From Tubiluchus corallicola (taxonomy: Eukaryota > Animalia > Priapulida): a stretch of DNA of 64,000 nucleotides. The translations under genes and the position numbers were made by a program. The stretch lies in the NCBI GenBank assembly GCA_030141605.1, contig JAQGDQ010001052.1, positions 1-64,000 of the forward strand, given 5' to 3'. The notes under the pieces are model-generated. The model was not told the DNA's origin, made no database searches, and was given only the letters and a program-made list of their open reading frames with translations. Shown here one piece after another: positions 51,701 through 64,000 of the stretch (its first letter is position 1; each line of letters begins with the position of its first letter).

Positions 51701-54700
51701 TCACTTGACCAGTGGTTTGCCTTGAATCTGTCACCCGCTTGTCCACTGCAGTTAACCTCATTGTTTCTGGAAGCTAAACATTTAATCACTTGACCAGTGG
51801 TTTGCTTTGAATCTGTCACCCGCTTGTCCACTGCAGTTAACCTCATTGTTTCTGGAAGCTAAACATTTAATCACTTGACCAGCGGTTTGCTTTGAATCTG
51901 TCACCCGCTTGTCCACTGCAGTTAACCTCATTATTTCTGGAAGCTAAACATTTAATCACTTGACCAGCGGTTTGCTGTTGAATCTGTCGCCCGCTTGTCC
52001 ACTGCAGGTAACTTCAATGTTTCTGGAAGCTAAACATTTAATCACTTGACCAGCGGTTTGCTTTGAATCTGTCACCCGCTTGTCCACTGCAGTTAACCTC
52101 ATTGTTTCTGGAAGCTAAACATTTAATCACTTGACCAGCGGTTTGCTTTGAATCTGTCACCCGCTTGTCCACTGCAGTTAACCTCATTATTTCTGGAAGC
52201 TAAACATTTAATCACTTGACCAGCGGTTTGCTTTGAATCTGCTACCCGCTTGTCCACTGCAGTTAACCTCATTATTTCTGGAAGCTAAACATTTAATCAC
52301 TTGACCAGCGGTTTGCTTTGAATCTGTCACCCGCTTGTCCACTGCAGTTAACCTCATTGTTTCTGGAAGCTAAACATTTAATCACTTGACCAGCGGTTTG
52401 CTTTGAATCTGTCACCCGCTTGTCCACTGCAGTTAACCTCGTTGTTTCTGGAAGCTAAACATTTAATCACTTGACCAGCAGTTTGCTTTGAATCTGTCAC
52501 CCGCTTGTCCACTGCAGTTAACCTCGTTGTTTCTGGAAGCTAAACATTTAATCACTTGACCAGCGGTTTGCTGTTGAAGTTCCCGCTGCTTTTCACAGGG
52601 GAAACAAGGTCATCACTTCAGCTCAAGCACTAGGTGACTAGGTGTTTTGAGTGAATATGTACAGTATACAGTAACAGATTTTCAATGTTTTTATCATTAT
52701 GAGAATTTCATAAACCAACTTCTTCGTGAAGAAATGAAGTAACCGACCTTGCATGAAGTTTTGTAATTTTTAGTGCGATTTTTTAATCAAATTTTTGCAA
52801 TTTTTTTTATTTCTTTATTAATTCACTTATATAAATTAATTTTCTTATATAATTGCACATAGGAATTTTGTTATTAATTCGTTTCTAAAATTCATTTAAA
52901 TCCTTTCCAATGCATACTAACATGAAGAATGAAGGCTCATTTTTCTACAGTAGTAGTGGGTTAAAGCCTTCAGTTAATTTGGTCAAAACACTTGCATCCC
53001 AAAGCGAGTCTATTAAGGGGTGCCTACTGTATTTCGAATTGTCAACAACAAAATTTGCTTAGAACTATTGAGCACTAAGTGCATGTTGAGATCTCTAAAA
53101 ATATTCCTCAGTTTTCATGTTTAAAGGAAAGGAAAACACTTCATAAATGAAGCTTGGAAAATTTGTATCACTCACATGCTGTCTTGCTGCACACAGGGCT
53201 TGCAGTAGCAGTAACGGTGTATAAAACTTAAACTTCTGTGATGACCATTAGGCACAGACACTTTAACGCTAAGTCATTTGAAAGGAGTTTTGATTACATT
53301 GCGTACAGTTTGAAAAAAAATAATCAGCGCGCGATTCACTAACTACTGTAATAGTAACAGTTTTAACAGCTAGCTAGAATCTTACCTAGTTCATTTTTCT
53401 TGTTCCCAAGCAAGATCCTGCTAGTAAATCACTCTTTGTACAGACTAATGCGTAATTAAGTAAAGTATTAAATATAAATTAGTAAAGTCCACGTACAACA
53501 ACTAAAGGTACTGAACTGATGTGCCAGATGGCTTTACTTTACTCACACGTGACATGGCGGTTGTAGCTAAGATACATTGCTGTGGTACACGTAACCTTTA
53601 AACCTACAGCACTTGTGCTTGTGTACAACGAAACTGTGAAAAGGCTTATTGAAATTTGATTTGCAAATAATGGCATCACAGAGTTGTGTGTTTCTTATAA
53701 CACCAAAAGAGACATTACATGATAACTCGTATTATTAATTAATTATTCTATAAACAGGTAACGATGGAAGCTTTTTTGCCAAAGCCCGACCCAACAGGTA
53801 GATTTCTGCAATCATCTGATAGCAAAACCTTCATGTTTGTCAACAACAGACCCGTGGAATTAAAAGAATTTTCTGCTGTAGGTATTCTTAACGAACTTCT
53901 TTCTTGGTACGGAGGATGTTCAAGTTTTCTGCCCATGTTCTAACATCACTAAGCTTTATTAGATTACGTTTTGCTCCATAGTATCAGTCCTGTCTTAAGG
54001 ACTCCCCATTTAGCGACAGTCTGTTTTAACAACGCTGAACATTTGACATCTTTTCTCGCTTGACGACGCACGTTTCATTTAAATTTTCATTTTATCAACA
54101 ACATTTGTAACACTAAAGCAGCACATATTGCATCATTCTGTTCTATGAAAAAGACTAGTAATTAAAATAGTGTAGTTATTTATCTATGTTTTTGCTGTCT
54201 TACTGACTACTACATGCTAGTCATTTGCTGATTATTTAATTAATATGCAATCAACAACTGTATCTAGATATTAATATCTATATTCTTTTGGGTTAAACAC
54301 TTCTCAGAGACTAAGGAGTGAGTTCAGAATGCTTTAAGGACAAGATACATTTCATGTCAGCAACGTTGCAAGCTTTGTATAGGCTTCACACTGAATACGT
54401 TTATTCAAACATTTCGAGAGATTTAGGTATACGCTTCTCTACTGAATACTATGCTTTAAACACTTCTCAGAGACTAAGGAGTGAGTTCAGAATGCTTTAA
54501 GGACAAGATACATTTCATGTCAGCAACGTTGGAAACTTTGTATAGGCTTCACACTGAATACGTTTGTTCAAACATTTCGAGAGATTTAGGTATACATTTC
54601 ACTACTGAATGCTATGGTTTAAACACTTCTCAGAGACTAAGGAGTGAGTTCAGAATGCTTTAAGGACAAGATACATTTCATGTCAGCAACGTTGGAAACT

Positions 54701-57700
54701 TTGTATAGGCTTCACACTGAATACGTTTGTTCAAACATTTCAAAAGCTTTTAATGAAAGTTTCATAAGGAAACCATTTGTTTAAGCATTTCAAAGCTTTC
54801 TAGAATACATCTGACTAATCTTGAACAAAACGAACGTTTCTAGTACGGGTTGTTCACACTGAATATGTTTACTCGTGGATTTCTAAACTTCCAGTTTAAG
54901 TTTCACAGCGAAAACGTCTACTTTCAAATTTACTGTTCATTGTTGTGCAATAATTTAGCTTTGACGTTGAGTAACAACTCAAGACATTCTACTGGATAAA
55001 CGTTTAGTATTAATTTATTGAATTTTAAGCACCTGGGTGCAAACTTTTCTGTGCAACCTGTAGATCGGTAGTTAGACTAACATGTCGTTAATTAAGTTTT
55101 TAACTTATTATTTAATTATTAGAAATACTTTGGCATTATCGTATGTGTTAAAATATATACATTTAACCATACTTCAAAATGATATGAAAAATCATCCTGT
55201 TTTGCTTTAAATGTAATAACTTGCTTGCATTGAAAATCACCATAGATACAGGGATGAGAATTTTCCGTGGATACGCGGAATTCCGAGTTTTTGGAAGACC
55301 AGTAGTGCCACTTTTGTAAATCGCGTAAATTCGTTGAGAAAATTTTTACGGACCCAGTACATTATTTCGCAAGCTGGCCGCTAGGTGGCAGGCCGTCACT
55401 TTGTTTACATCACGTACATCAGTGTAACCACGTGTATATCTTTATGTGTAAAAATATAGAATCAATTGTGTGGAGTTATTTGAGTCAATTGCAGACAGTT
55501 TTTATAAACTTTTGCATAAGAGCAGCCAGTACTTAGGCGTTTTTGAGACAATTAGGTATCATGTATCCTTGATAGTTGGATATTTTAAATTATGCATGAA
55601 ACAAGGTAATTGATATTGTAAGTCCACTTAGAGGCTCTCTATGGCCACAAAATTGCAATTTGTTGCTGGTTCCAAGGGGGTTTCCCTTGAACCCCATTGG
55701 GGAAGGCCCCCAAACCCCCGGCCTGTTTCAGAGTTTTTTGCAATTTGTCATTCTCATCCCTGTAGATGTTGAAAATGGGTGAAATTGATAAAAACCCATT
55801 ATCTTTAAAATCTTGTATCTAATCCATTCCATGAACTTAAATAAATATTCATAATTTTAGGCGTTAAAGCGGCACTTTTTCTCAGTTCACTCGTGCAAAG
55901 TAGGTAGCTCTTTGCGACATCCCGTTGCGCTACTTTTCATCACAGTGCCACCTGCAGGCGTGGACGTGAACTTAGAACCGAACAAAACTAAAGTGCTTCT
56001 TCAAGAAAAGGTAATGTGTTGGACTATTAAACGTTCTTGCATTTTCATAAGCACAATTGTTCATAGTGTTCTAAGTGTATTTTGCTTGATCAATTTGGCA
56101 TTTGATTGGTCGGTTTGTTGATTAGCTTGTTTATACATTAAAACATATTGTAAATATAGGTATTAGGATAAATAGATAAAATAGATTGAGAAAGTATGCT
56201 AACTAATTTGTTAAAATAGATTCTTCTTTCGATGAGTTTTTTTATTACTGCTAATTGTAAATTATTTTATGAAATTTGTTTTGTACTGATAAAGTCCAAT
56301 CAGTGAAAATGAAGCAAAATTTTCACTTAGGTGCGTATTGATGTATCTCAGAGTATAAAGAGTCAAGAAAGTTGGTGAAAAGGCACCAGTTCTTTGAAAA
56401 CATGCTCAGGGGAGCAGTTGCTCCCCTTACTCCCCCTTAATAGCTACGCCCCTGGTATAAACTGCAGCAAGGAACTGTTACATTATTAGCGTGGCATTGA
56501 AAATGATGATTTTGTTACAGGACGGTGTTTTTGCTATGTTTGAAGAATGTTTAGTCAAAGTGTATGGACACCCTGCTGTGAAAACATCTGTGCAAGGTGC
56601 TAGAGCAACTTCAGTAGAAGTGGAAGAAGCCACTTTCAAGTGCAGTGCATTTAGTTTGAGTAGTGACCACACTGACCACACTCTCCGGGATGATGCAACT
56701 ACTAGCAATGATGTCGAGGCAGGTGCTAGTGTTCAAAACAGAACCGACGTTACACGGTGTGATGTTGCGACCGCTATAGATTTGCAACATGGTGTCGAGG
56801 CAGGTGCTAGTGTTGAAAACAGAACCGACGCTACACGATGTGATCTTGCCACCGCTAAAGATTTGCATAATCTTGTTGAGACAGGTACTAGTGTTCAAAA
56901 CAGAACCGACGCTACACAGTGTGATCTTGCCACCGCTAAAGATTTGAAAAATGTTGTTGAGAAAAGTAGTTCTTTGAATAACGCAAGCAGGAGAGAAGAG
57001 AATCGACAATCGTTATGCAAAATTGCACTTACAGACTCTCACACGGATGCGAAAAAATATGAAGTTGACGAATATAGACCACTCTGTGATTTTCCGTGCA
57101 GTTTTGACGACGACTTAGTGGAAGATTTGACTCTAGAAGAAGATGATTTATTGAGAAACGTGTCAGACGTTCTCGAAGAAGCAGCGTATTTTGAAAAACC
57201 TCGTGCTGAGATGACGGAAAATTGTGCAGGCGATATTGGTGATGTTTATGCTAGTGGGGCAGCAACTGAGTGCGAGTTTCATAATAGCATTAAAAATACT
57301 GAAGTAATTAGTGATGCTTATCACAGTGGTGAAGCCAGGTTCAATGTCCAACTAAACACAACTAAAACATCCTCGCATTCGTTAGCAGATTCTGAAGCAG
57401 CAGCCCCCGCGCTGTCGGTTGACCTTGAATCTTGGACTTGCGGACGTGCATTTGTGGATCAAACTAAGCAACCAGTGGAGGTATGAATAGTTTTTGTAGG
57501 AACGTGTGAAGATGGACATGATAGAGACGAAACCACTTTGATGGCTTCTTTTCTCACCTGTATTTAGGCTTGTTACTGAACAGCAATGCTTCCATACATG
57601 GTGATATGTACCTGTATCATTATAATATGGATAATTAATATTTACATGCTTGAGCATTTGCTGATAAAAGAAATGTGAAATCATTGAAGCGTACAGTAGA

Positions 57701-60700
57701 TTGTACTGTAGATACGTAACAATCAATGCAGCGAGCGTACCATTAGTTCACTTAATGAGCTAAATCAGCAAAGTGTTAACTCTTTCGGGACAGCACCATT
57801 CAAAATTGGTCTTATGAGACCTATGACTTTTGTACTACTGTATGAGCACAGACATAACTAAATGATTACAAATTAGGTACTGTTCTGTTCAGGAGAATCT
57901 CTGCTATCCAATCATGCTATTTGTTTAAACATTTATAAGTGATTTAATTGGATAAAATTAAGAAAAACACGCCCATTTTCAGGCTCTCCAACTTAGCCTA
58001 TTGAGTAGCTTAGCCTGGTGTACACTTGTGTGATCTCACACACTATTTTATTGATCACCTGCTTGCTACAGTCCAGAGAAATGTCTGCTGTACAGAGTTC
58101 CAGGAAAACCTAACCGATCATCCTAGGAGAAATTAAGATCATCTCATCTTTTAACCGGAATTTCTAATTAAAAACAGAGCAGACTTGAGGTCAAAGTGTT
58201 TCAGAGTGTTGTGTCTCTGGATAGTTGAAATTTTCTGCATTAACCAATTTTGTACAAGTGATACTGTACATTGTTACAGTGCAAAGACTGCAGTTACTGG
58301 CAGATTTGTTCCATTCTTTGTCAAAAATCAGTTTTAGTTTGTCTAGGATAAGCAAATGCATTTCATATATAATTTTGCATGAAAATCCATCGTGTGAGGA
58401 GTAGAAACCTACAAAAGTTATGGAATATAACGTCATCGCTGCTTAGTGAGAGCACTTTTCATGAACCCGTGTAAAATTCAGCAAACTCTTACAATCCTGA
58501 AGGAATTAAAAAAGGCTGACCTGTAACGTGAATAAGTTAATTAGTTAACTACATTTTTGCATATAAACTATTGAAATGATAAACCTGAATCTGAAAATGC
58601 AATAGGATCTTTTAATTTAAAGTATTGAAATGGTTTGCTTTTCTGATGGATTACGCTGTAAACTTTACACACTAATGAGTGAAAATTGAATACCATGTTG
58701 AGTTTTTTAGCATTTACCATTCACAAAATTGATTGTCGACAAATATATTTAGCATTTTATTTATAAAGCCTGCATAAATTAACTCGCGTATCGTGATACA
58801 TATCATATCATGAGGTTCGTATCGTGATACATATCATATCATGAGGTTCGTATCGTGATACATATCATATCATGAGGTTCGTATCGTGATACATATCATA
58901 TCATGAGGTTCGTATCGTGATACGTACGTGTGTCATGACCTAAGTGTATCGTTACAGTCTTTAGACAGGGACTAATTTATTCATTTTTTGTTTATGACTT
59001 AGCCTGTTAAAGTTTTCACTTCGGATGCAGCGCCAATCAAACGTCTTCCTTCGTCTCCGTCTGACGGGAACGCTTTGAAGAAACAAAAGATCAATCGAAG
59101 CCAGACAACTTTGTTTGAGTCGTTTAATAGAGAAAGTATCAAGCAGTCTCCGTCGTCGTACATTTCGTTTTGCAATCATACCCGTCGCAAAAGTACGTTT
59201 ATTTCTAAAATATCTCAGCATCAATTTCTGTACGTAGAGCTTCCGTATTAATATTCAAGTAATGCAAGTCCTCGCTTAACAACGCTAATGGGTTCCAACA
59301 AAATGTGATGTTAAGCAAAACGTCATTAAATGAAGCCAAGACTTCCGTAGAAAGTAATGTAAAACAATTGGGATACGTTCCGGAGACAAAAATCAATCCT
59401 GCTTGACTCATATTTGTTAAACATTCTATGAGTTTTATTCATATTTCTACTGATTAATGTCTTCCTGTTTGCCTAAAACCACCTATATATTTTACTTACC
59501 AATACCTAGCTATAGCGGTTTCTATAGTAGGTTAACGTTTAAGCCTAGCCAGGGGTTAAACAATAAACACTGAAGAGTCTAACCCTGGTGTGACCTTGAG
59601 AATTTTACCTACATACTTAGTCTGGTTGCTATAGCAACAGGTTGCAGGCAAAACTGCCCGCTGGTCACTTGATACTTGATACAAACCGCTAGTAATACAG
59701 TAGTAACATAAGCAGTCAGTAGGGAAACAAAAACATGTATAATAATTGCTCTGTTTACGTTATTAGTGCATTTCTAGAACTGAATAATGCGATAGGTACT
59801 GTTTTAATGCATCAAATTAGGTAAAAATTTTGTTGCTCAAATAAAAATTTGCCTTGAACAAAGTAAAAAGTTCGTTGTTAAAGTGAGACGTGTGTCGTTT
59901 AGTGAAAAAAGGGGTCAAATGATCGGCGTCATTAAAACGAAACATCGCTAAACGGGCAGTCATTAAGCGAGGACTTACTGCAGTCATCTTGTAAATACTT
60001 TCATTTGTTAATGCATTTTCTAATTTCTTTTAGGGATTCCAGCTTCCAACGCTTTTTTTATTTATGAAAATCCTCTAACTACACATTGTAAAATCAATTT
60101 GCCACATTGCTAAAACACTTGTCATTTATTTATTAGTAATAGAGGAAAACCTGGGTGCCGACTTCAAACAAATCGGAAATCTTCTGAACAAAAAATGGCA
60201 AGAATTATCCGACGATGAAAGAAAGTCTTACAGAAATTTACCCAGCCAAGGCTTGCCAGGGTGAGTACTGTTCACATGTGAAGTGATGCCGGGGTGAGTA
60301 CTGTTCAAACGTGAAGTGATGCCAGGGTGAGTACTGTTCAAACGTGAAGTGATGCCGGGGTGAGTACTGTTCAAACGTGAAGTGATGCCGGGGTGAGTAC
60401 TGTTCACATGTGAAGTGATGCCAGGGTGAGTACTGTTCACATGTGAAGTGATGCCGGGGTGAGTACTGTTCAAATGTGAAGTGATGCCAGGGTGAGTGCT
60501 GTTCAAACGTGAAGTGATGCCAGGGTGAGTACTGTTCAAATGTGAAGTGATGCCAGGGTGAGTACTGTTCAAACGTGAAGTGATGCCAGGGTGAGTACTG
60601 TTCAAATGTGAAGTGATGCCAGGGTGAGTGCTGTTCAAACGTGAAGTGATGCCAAGGTGAGTACTGTTCAAACGTGAAGTGATGCCAGGGTGAGTACTGT

Positions 60701-62747
60701 TCAAATGTGAAGTGATGCCAGGGTGAGTACTGTTCACATGTGAAATTTTAATGTTGGTGTACGCAGTTATCAATGTCCCGCTTACATAAATTTCTACTAT
60801 TTACAACATTAATCTGCTTGCCCAAGAATCATCTAAGCGGTAAATTGCAAAAACTCTTTCTCTCTCGCGTATGTTACAAGAATTCCGCCATGTTGGACAT
60901 TCTTGCTGGCGTGTGCTAGATTTGAACCACGCCTCTTACTCGTGTAATACTTGGAGTTTGCACACTTGGTGACTCCAAAATGTGTGAGTAAACGTGATAT
61001 GATTCGGAGGCGATAATTGTCTCGTAGCTCTTTCTTTAAAAATTGAATTTTGTTGTTCAAAAACTTCTTCAAACATTCAAAAGGGTTCATCATTTATTCA
61101 CTTACTGAAGAAATACAAAGTTGAGTGAATTGCTATGATGATATAACGGGTTTAGAGTTGGGCAATTTCTTCATATTAGTTCATCATGTATATTTGATGT
61201 TTTGTTATATGTATGACGTCACCGGGAACGGTTAACCTGCCACATTTAATAACATTTAAACGGTTAGCTGAAAAGCTTAACCATCTCACCTCTAAGATGA
61301 GGCGGCTTTCTGGGTGTTAACAAGATTTTTTGTTTGTTTCACAGCTGCAGTAAAAAGAAAAGTCGTACTCCGACCAGCACAAAGTTACTTAAACAGAAGA
61401 ATTCTAAGAAAGCGCCACCTGAACATGTAACAGAACAACTTATTTTACTTTGATTACAGTTTTTGTGTTTGAATAGCAATAGGTTTAGACCGTGCGCTAG
61501 AAATAGATCTCATAAACAAAAATTATGTTGTTAATCAAATAGTTATCTCTATTTTGAAGATAACTCCTTCACTTTTGACTCATCTTTGCATCTAACTTTA
61601 TTATTTTTGCTGTTTTTGAGGCTTTCATTTTGGTAGCCCTCGTGTAAGGAACCAAGTACTGGGTTATATCAAATCTCTAAACAAACTTTTTGTGGTACTT
61701 GCACTTTAACTACCACGATTGTAATGGTTTGATACATTATATACAGCATATATACAATTTTACACCTACGTAGAGCAAAAACTTGGGCATTTATAACTAA
61801 GGGCAGTAGTATCATCATGTAGAAAAAATTCAGTGTTTGTAGACATGTTTTTCATGAATCTGATCTGTATTTGTGTGCTTGAATAGCAGTATCGTCCACA
61901 AGTCGGCAATTGAGTTTTTCTAGTTATTCACGGTATCCTGAATCTCCATTTCACGAGGATCATTTTGATGCCAAGCTCATTGCTCTATGTTGTTTCTAAG
62001 CTGAGATAATCCACGTTGAAGTTGAGGTGCAGGCTGGGCACTGAGAAACATGATCTTGAGAAAATCACTGTTAAAGTCAGCCATTGTTTTTTACTTAGCA
62101 ACCGCACAAATGTTGGTTGCTACGGACTTTGCAAGAACACATTGAAGTTACATTTAAATCCAGTAGATGGCTCTTTTTGACAAAGGTCTGGGTTTGGCAA
62201 CAGAAAAAACCCGAAGCAAAATGGACTGCTTCCACGAGCTACTTCACATTTGAAAATACAAGTTTTTCACAATTTCAGTACTAGTTTCTAACCTGAAAAG
62301 TGGGTACAGGATTTTAAAATTTGATTTTTAGTGTTTTTTGAACATTTTCTTGATAATTTGATCCTAGTTTGTTTTATAAAAAACAAAAAAGACATTTGAC
62401 CAAAGTTTTGGTTCATCCTACTTTCAAGCATCATAACGTAGTTTTAACTATGCTGACTTACGGACGGCTTTGATTTACAAGCACACATTTCGTTCTTCAA
62501 TCACAAGTGATAATTGATAAATATGTTTTAGAAATATTTCTAACATTATCTTTAATATTTGTTTCAGTGCTAATTAAATTTTATTTTGTTGATTTTAGAG
62601 AGGAACTAGACCGATTATCGATTTACTCAAATCTGCTGCAAAGACTGGTCAGCCAATCGCAAACAAGTCACTGCTTCGAAAAGTAATCAGCATTCCATTT
62701 TTCGCGGTCAGCTTAAGAGAAAGGTTAAAAGAACATTCTAGTCGTCG
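44019..62747 (+). CDS. PMS1: PMS1 protein homolog 1 (MutL family, HMG box), 3'-partial. Exons: 44019-44150, 45036-45169, 47024-47175, 50378-50652, 53758-53877, 55861-56010, 56521-57480, 59003-59192, 60137-60260, 61345-61426, 62599-62747; the gene continues beyond the window
   Basis: [104 protein letters not shown] box ([13 protein letters not shown]...[16 protein letters not shown]) is typical of PMS1 rather than PMS2 or MLH1. The last two exons are less certain. Confidence 0.92.
44200..44930. mobile_element. TTAA-flanked MITE copy in the first coding intron of PMS1
   Basis: Collinear with 57777-58509 (GAGCACAGACATAACTAAATGATTA..., GTCCTGAAGGAATT). Confidence 0.65.
45838..46884. repeat. 92-bp tandem array, about 11.4 copies
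   Basis: TAATTACATT recurs at 45851, 45943 and onward. Confidence 0.97.
47245..47870. repeat. 103-bp tandem array, about 6 copies, spanning a TIR-element end plus flank
   Basis: AGTTTACAAT recurs at 47278, 47381, 47484 and onward. Confidence 0.93.
49409..50443. repeat. 94/95-bp tandem array, 11 copies, overlapping a PMS1 acceptor
   Basis: TTTTTACCAG|GAACGTG recurs from 49436 to 50378. Confidence 0.97.
51029..52578. repeat. 85-bp tandem array, about 18 copies
   Basis: TCCACTGCA recurs at 51061, 51146 and onward. Confidence 0.97.
54291..54741. repeat. 163-bp tandem repeat, about 2.8 copies
   Basis: AAACACTTCTCAGAGACTAAGGAGTG occurs three times at 163-bp spacing. Confidence 0.9.
55249..55762. 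mobile_element. MITE with hAT-like TIR CAGGGATGAGAAT
   Basis: Perfect 13-bp terminal inverted repeat; no clean 8-bp TSD. Confidence 0.6.
56710..56960 (+). repeat. 81-bp coding tandem repeat (27 aa x 3) inside the large PMS1 exon
   Basis: [27 protein letters not shown] and two variants; GTCGAGG at 56713 and 56794. Confidence 0.9.
57777..58509. mobile_element. TTAA-flanked MITE copy
   Basis: TTAACTCTTTCGGGAC...TCCTGAAGGAATTAA; aligns with 44200-44930 and in reverse with 11531-12263. Confidence 0.7.
58787..58923. repeat. 31-bp tandem repeat, about 4.4 copies
   Basis: Unit CGTATCGTGATACATATCATATCATGAGGTT. Confidence 0.9.
60254..60744. repeat. 33-bp tandem array, about 15 copies, overlapping the PMS1 HMG-exon donor
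   Basis: Unit GCCAGGGTGAGTACTGTTCAAACGTGAAGTGAT. Confidence 0.97.
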
Positions 62748-62886
62748 GTAAGATTTAAACCATACACAAAAATACACAAAACTATTTATAGTTTCAAAAA
62801 GTACTTGAAAAGGACCATTTTTGATTTATACTTATAATACCTCTATGTAAATTAAACATACACTGTGGTCGTTTCTTCTCCTCTTT

Positions 62887-63796
62887 TCCTTCTTCCTATC
62901 CCTAATCTTACTATTTTTTTCCATTCCATCATGTCTACTAACCCTAACCATTCTTTCATTCACTCATCCTCCCCTCCCTTCCTTCTTCCTATCACTAATC
63001 TTACTATTTTCTCCATTCCGTCATGTCTACTAACCCTAACCATTCTTTCATTCACTCATCCCCTCCTCCCTTCCTTCTTCCTATCACTAATCTTACTATT
63101 TTTTCCATTCCAGCATATCTACTAACCCTAACCATTCTTTCATTCACTCATCCTCCCCTCCCTTCCTTCTTCCTATTCCTAATCTTACTATTTTCTCCAT
63201 TCCATCATGTCTACTAACCCTAATCATTCTTTCATTCACTCATCCTCCCCTCCCTTCCTTCTTCCTATCCCTAATCTTACTATTTTTTCCATTCCAGCAT
63301 GTCTACTAACCCTAACCATTCTTTCATTCACTCATCCCCTCCTCCCTTCCTTCTTCCTGTCCCTAATCTTACTATTTTTTCCATTCCATCATGTCTACTA
63401 ACCCTAACCATTCTTTCATTCACTCATCCCCTCCTCCCTTCCTTCTTCCTATCCCTAATCTTACTATTTTTTCCATTCCGTCATGTCTACTAACCCTAAT
63501 CATTCTTTCATTCACTCATCCTCCCCTCCCTTCCTTCTTCCTATCCCTAATCTTACTATTTTTTCCATTCCATCATGTCTACTAACTCTAACCATTCTTT
63601 CGTTCACTCATCCTCTCCTTCCTTCCTTCTTCCTATCCCTAATCTTACTATTTTTTCCATTCCATCATGTCTACTAACCCTAACCATTCTTTCATTCACT
63701 CATCCTACCCTCCCTTCCTTCTTCCTATCCCTAATCTTACTATTTTTTCCATTCCATCATGTCTACTAACCCTAACCATTCTTTCATTCACTCATT
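62887..63796. repeat. 92-bp pyrimidine-rich tandem array, about 10 copies
   Basis: ATGTCTACTAACCCTAACCATTC recurs at 92-bp spacing. Confidence 0.95.
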
Positions 63797-64000
63797 TCTG
63801 CCACCCTAACAAGCCAAGCTTTCAAGGTGTCATACAGCAACTCTTTTATTTGGTTAATTTGACTTCATCAACGTTTTTTACCCATACTGTTTCTTTTTGT
63901 TTCAATAATATTGTATGTTGATGTATTGTATATGTATTGCTGGAGTGAAATAAATTGATTGATTGATTGATTGAACCAGGCTTCATAGACTTACACAACC

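Noticed and set aside
60228-60773. 181-aa minus-strand repeat protein (NSTHPGITS)
   Set aside because: Antisense translation of the 33-bp donor array.
62865-63921. Series of hydrophobic 64-aa ORFs
   Set aside because: Frame-shifting translations of a pyrimidine-rich 92-bp repeat.

Overview
This is AT-rich, intron-rich animal genomic DNA, probably an invertebrate chordate or deuterostome such as a tunicate (taxon is inference only). Three spliced genes can be reconstructed by hand from GT-AG boundaries and conserved motifs. MINDY3/FAM188A (minus strand, 11 coding exons, 445 aa) is complete. It lies head-to-head with LCMT2/TYW4 (plus strand, at least 10 exons, start exon uncertain), which is followed by PMS1 (plus strand, MutL ATPase plus HMG box) running off the right edge. 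Introns and spacers hold a 5'-truncated RTE LINE with a TSD, a 5S-derived SINE with an RTE-like tail, a tRNA SINE, a non-autonomous Helitron, a solo LTR, several MITE families and two LINE relics. The most striking feature is 17 unrelated, locus-private tandem arrays (units 13-163 bp, about 14.7 kb, roughly 23% of the window). Four of them amplify a real exon-intron junction and create ladders of 10-14 extra splice sites. A fifth fills the likely LCMT2 3' UTR with about 40 palindromic units. All coordinates were read by eye; no database search was run.
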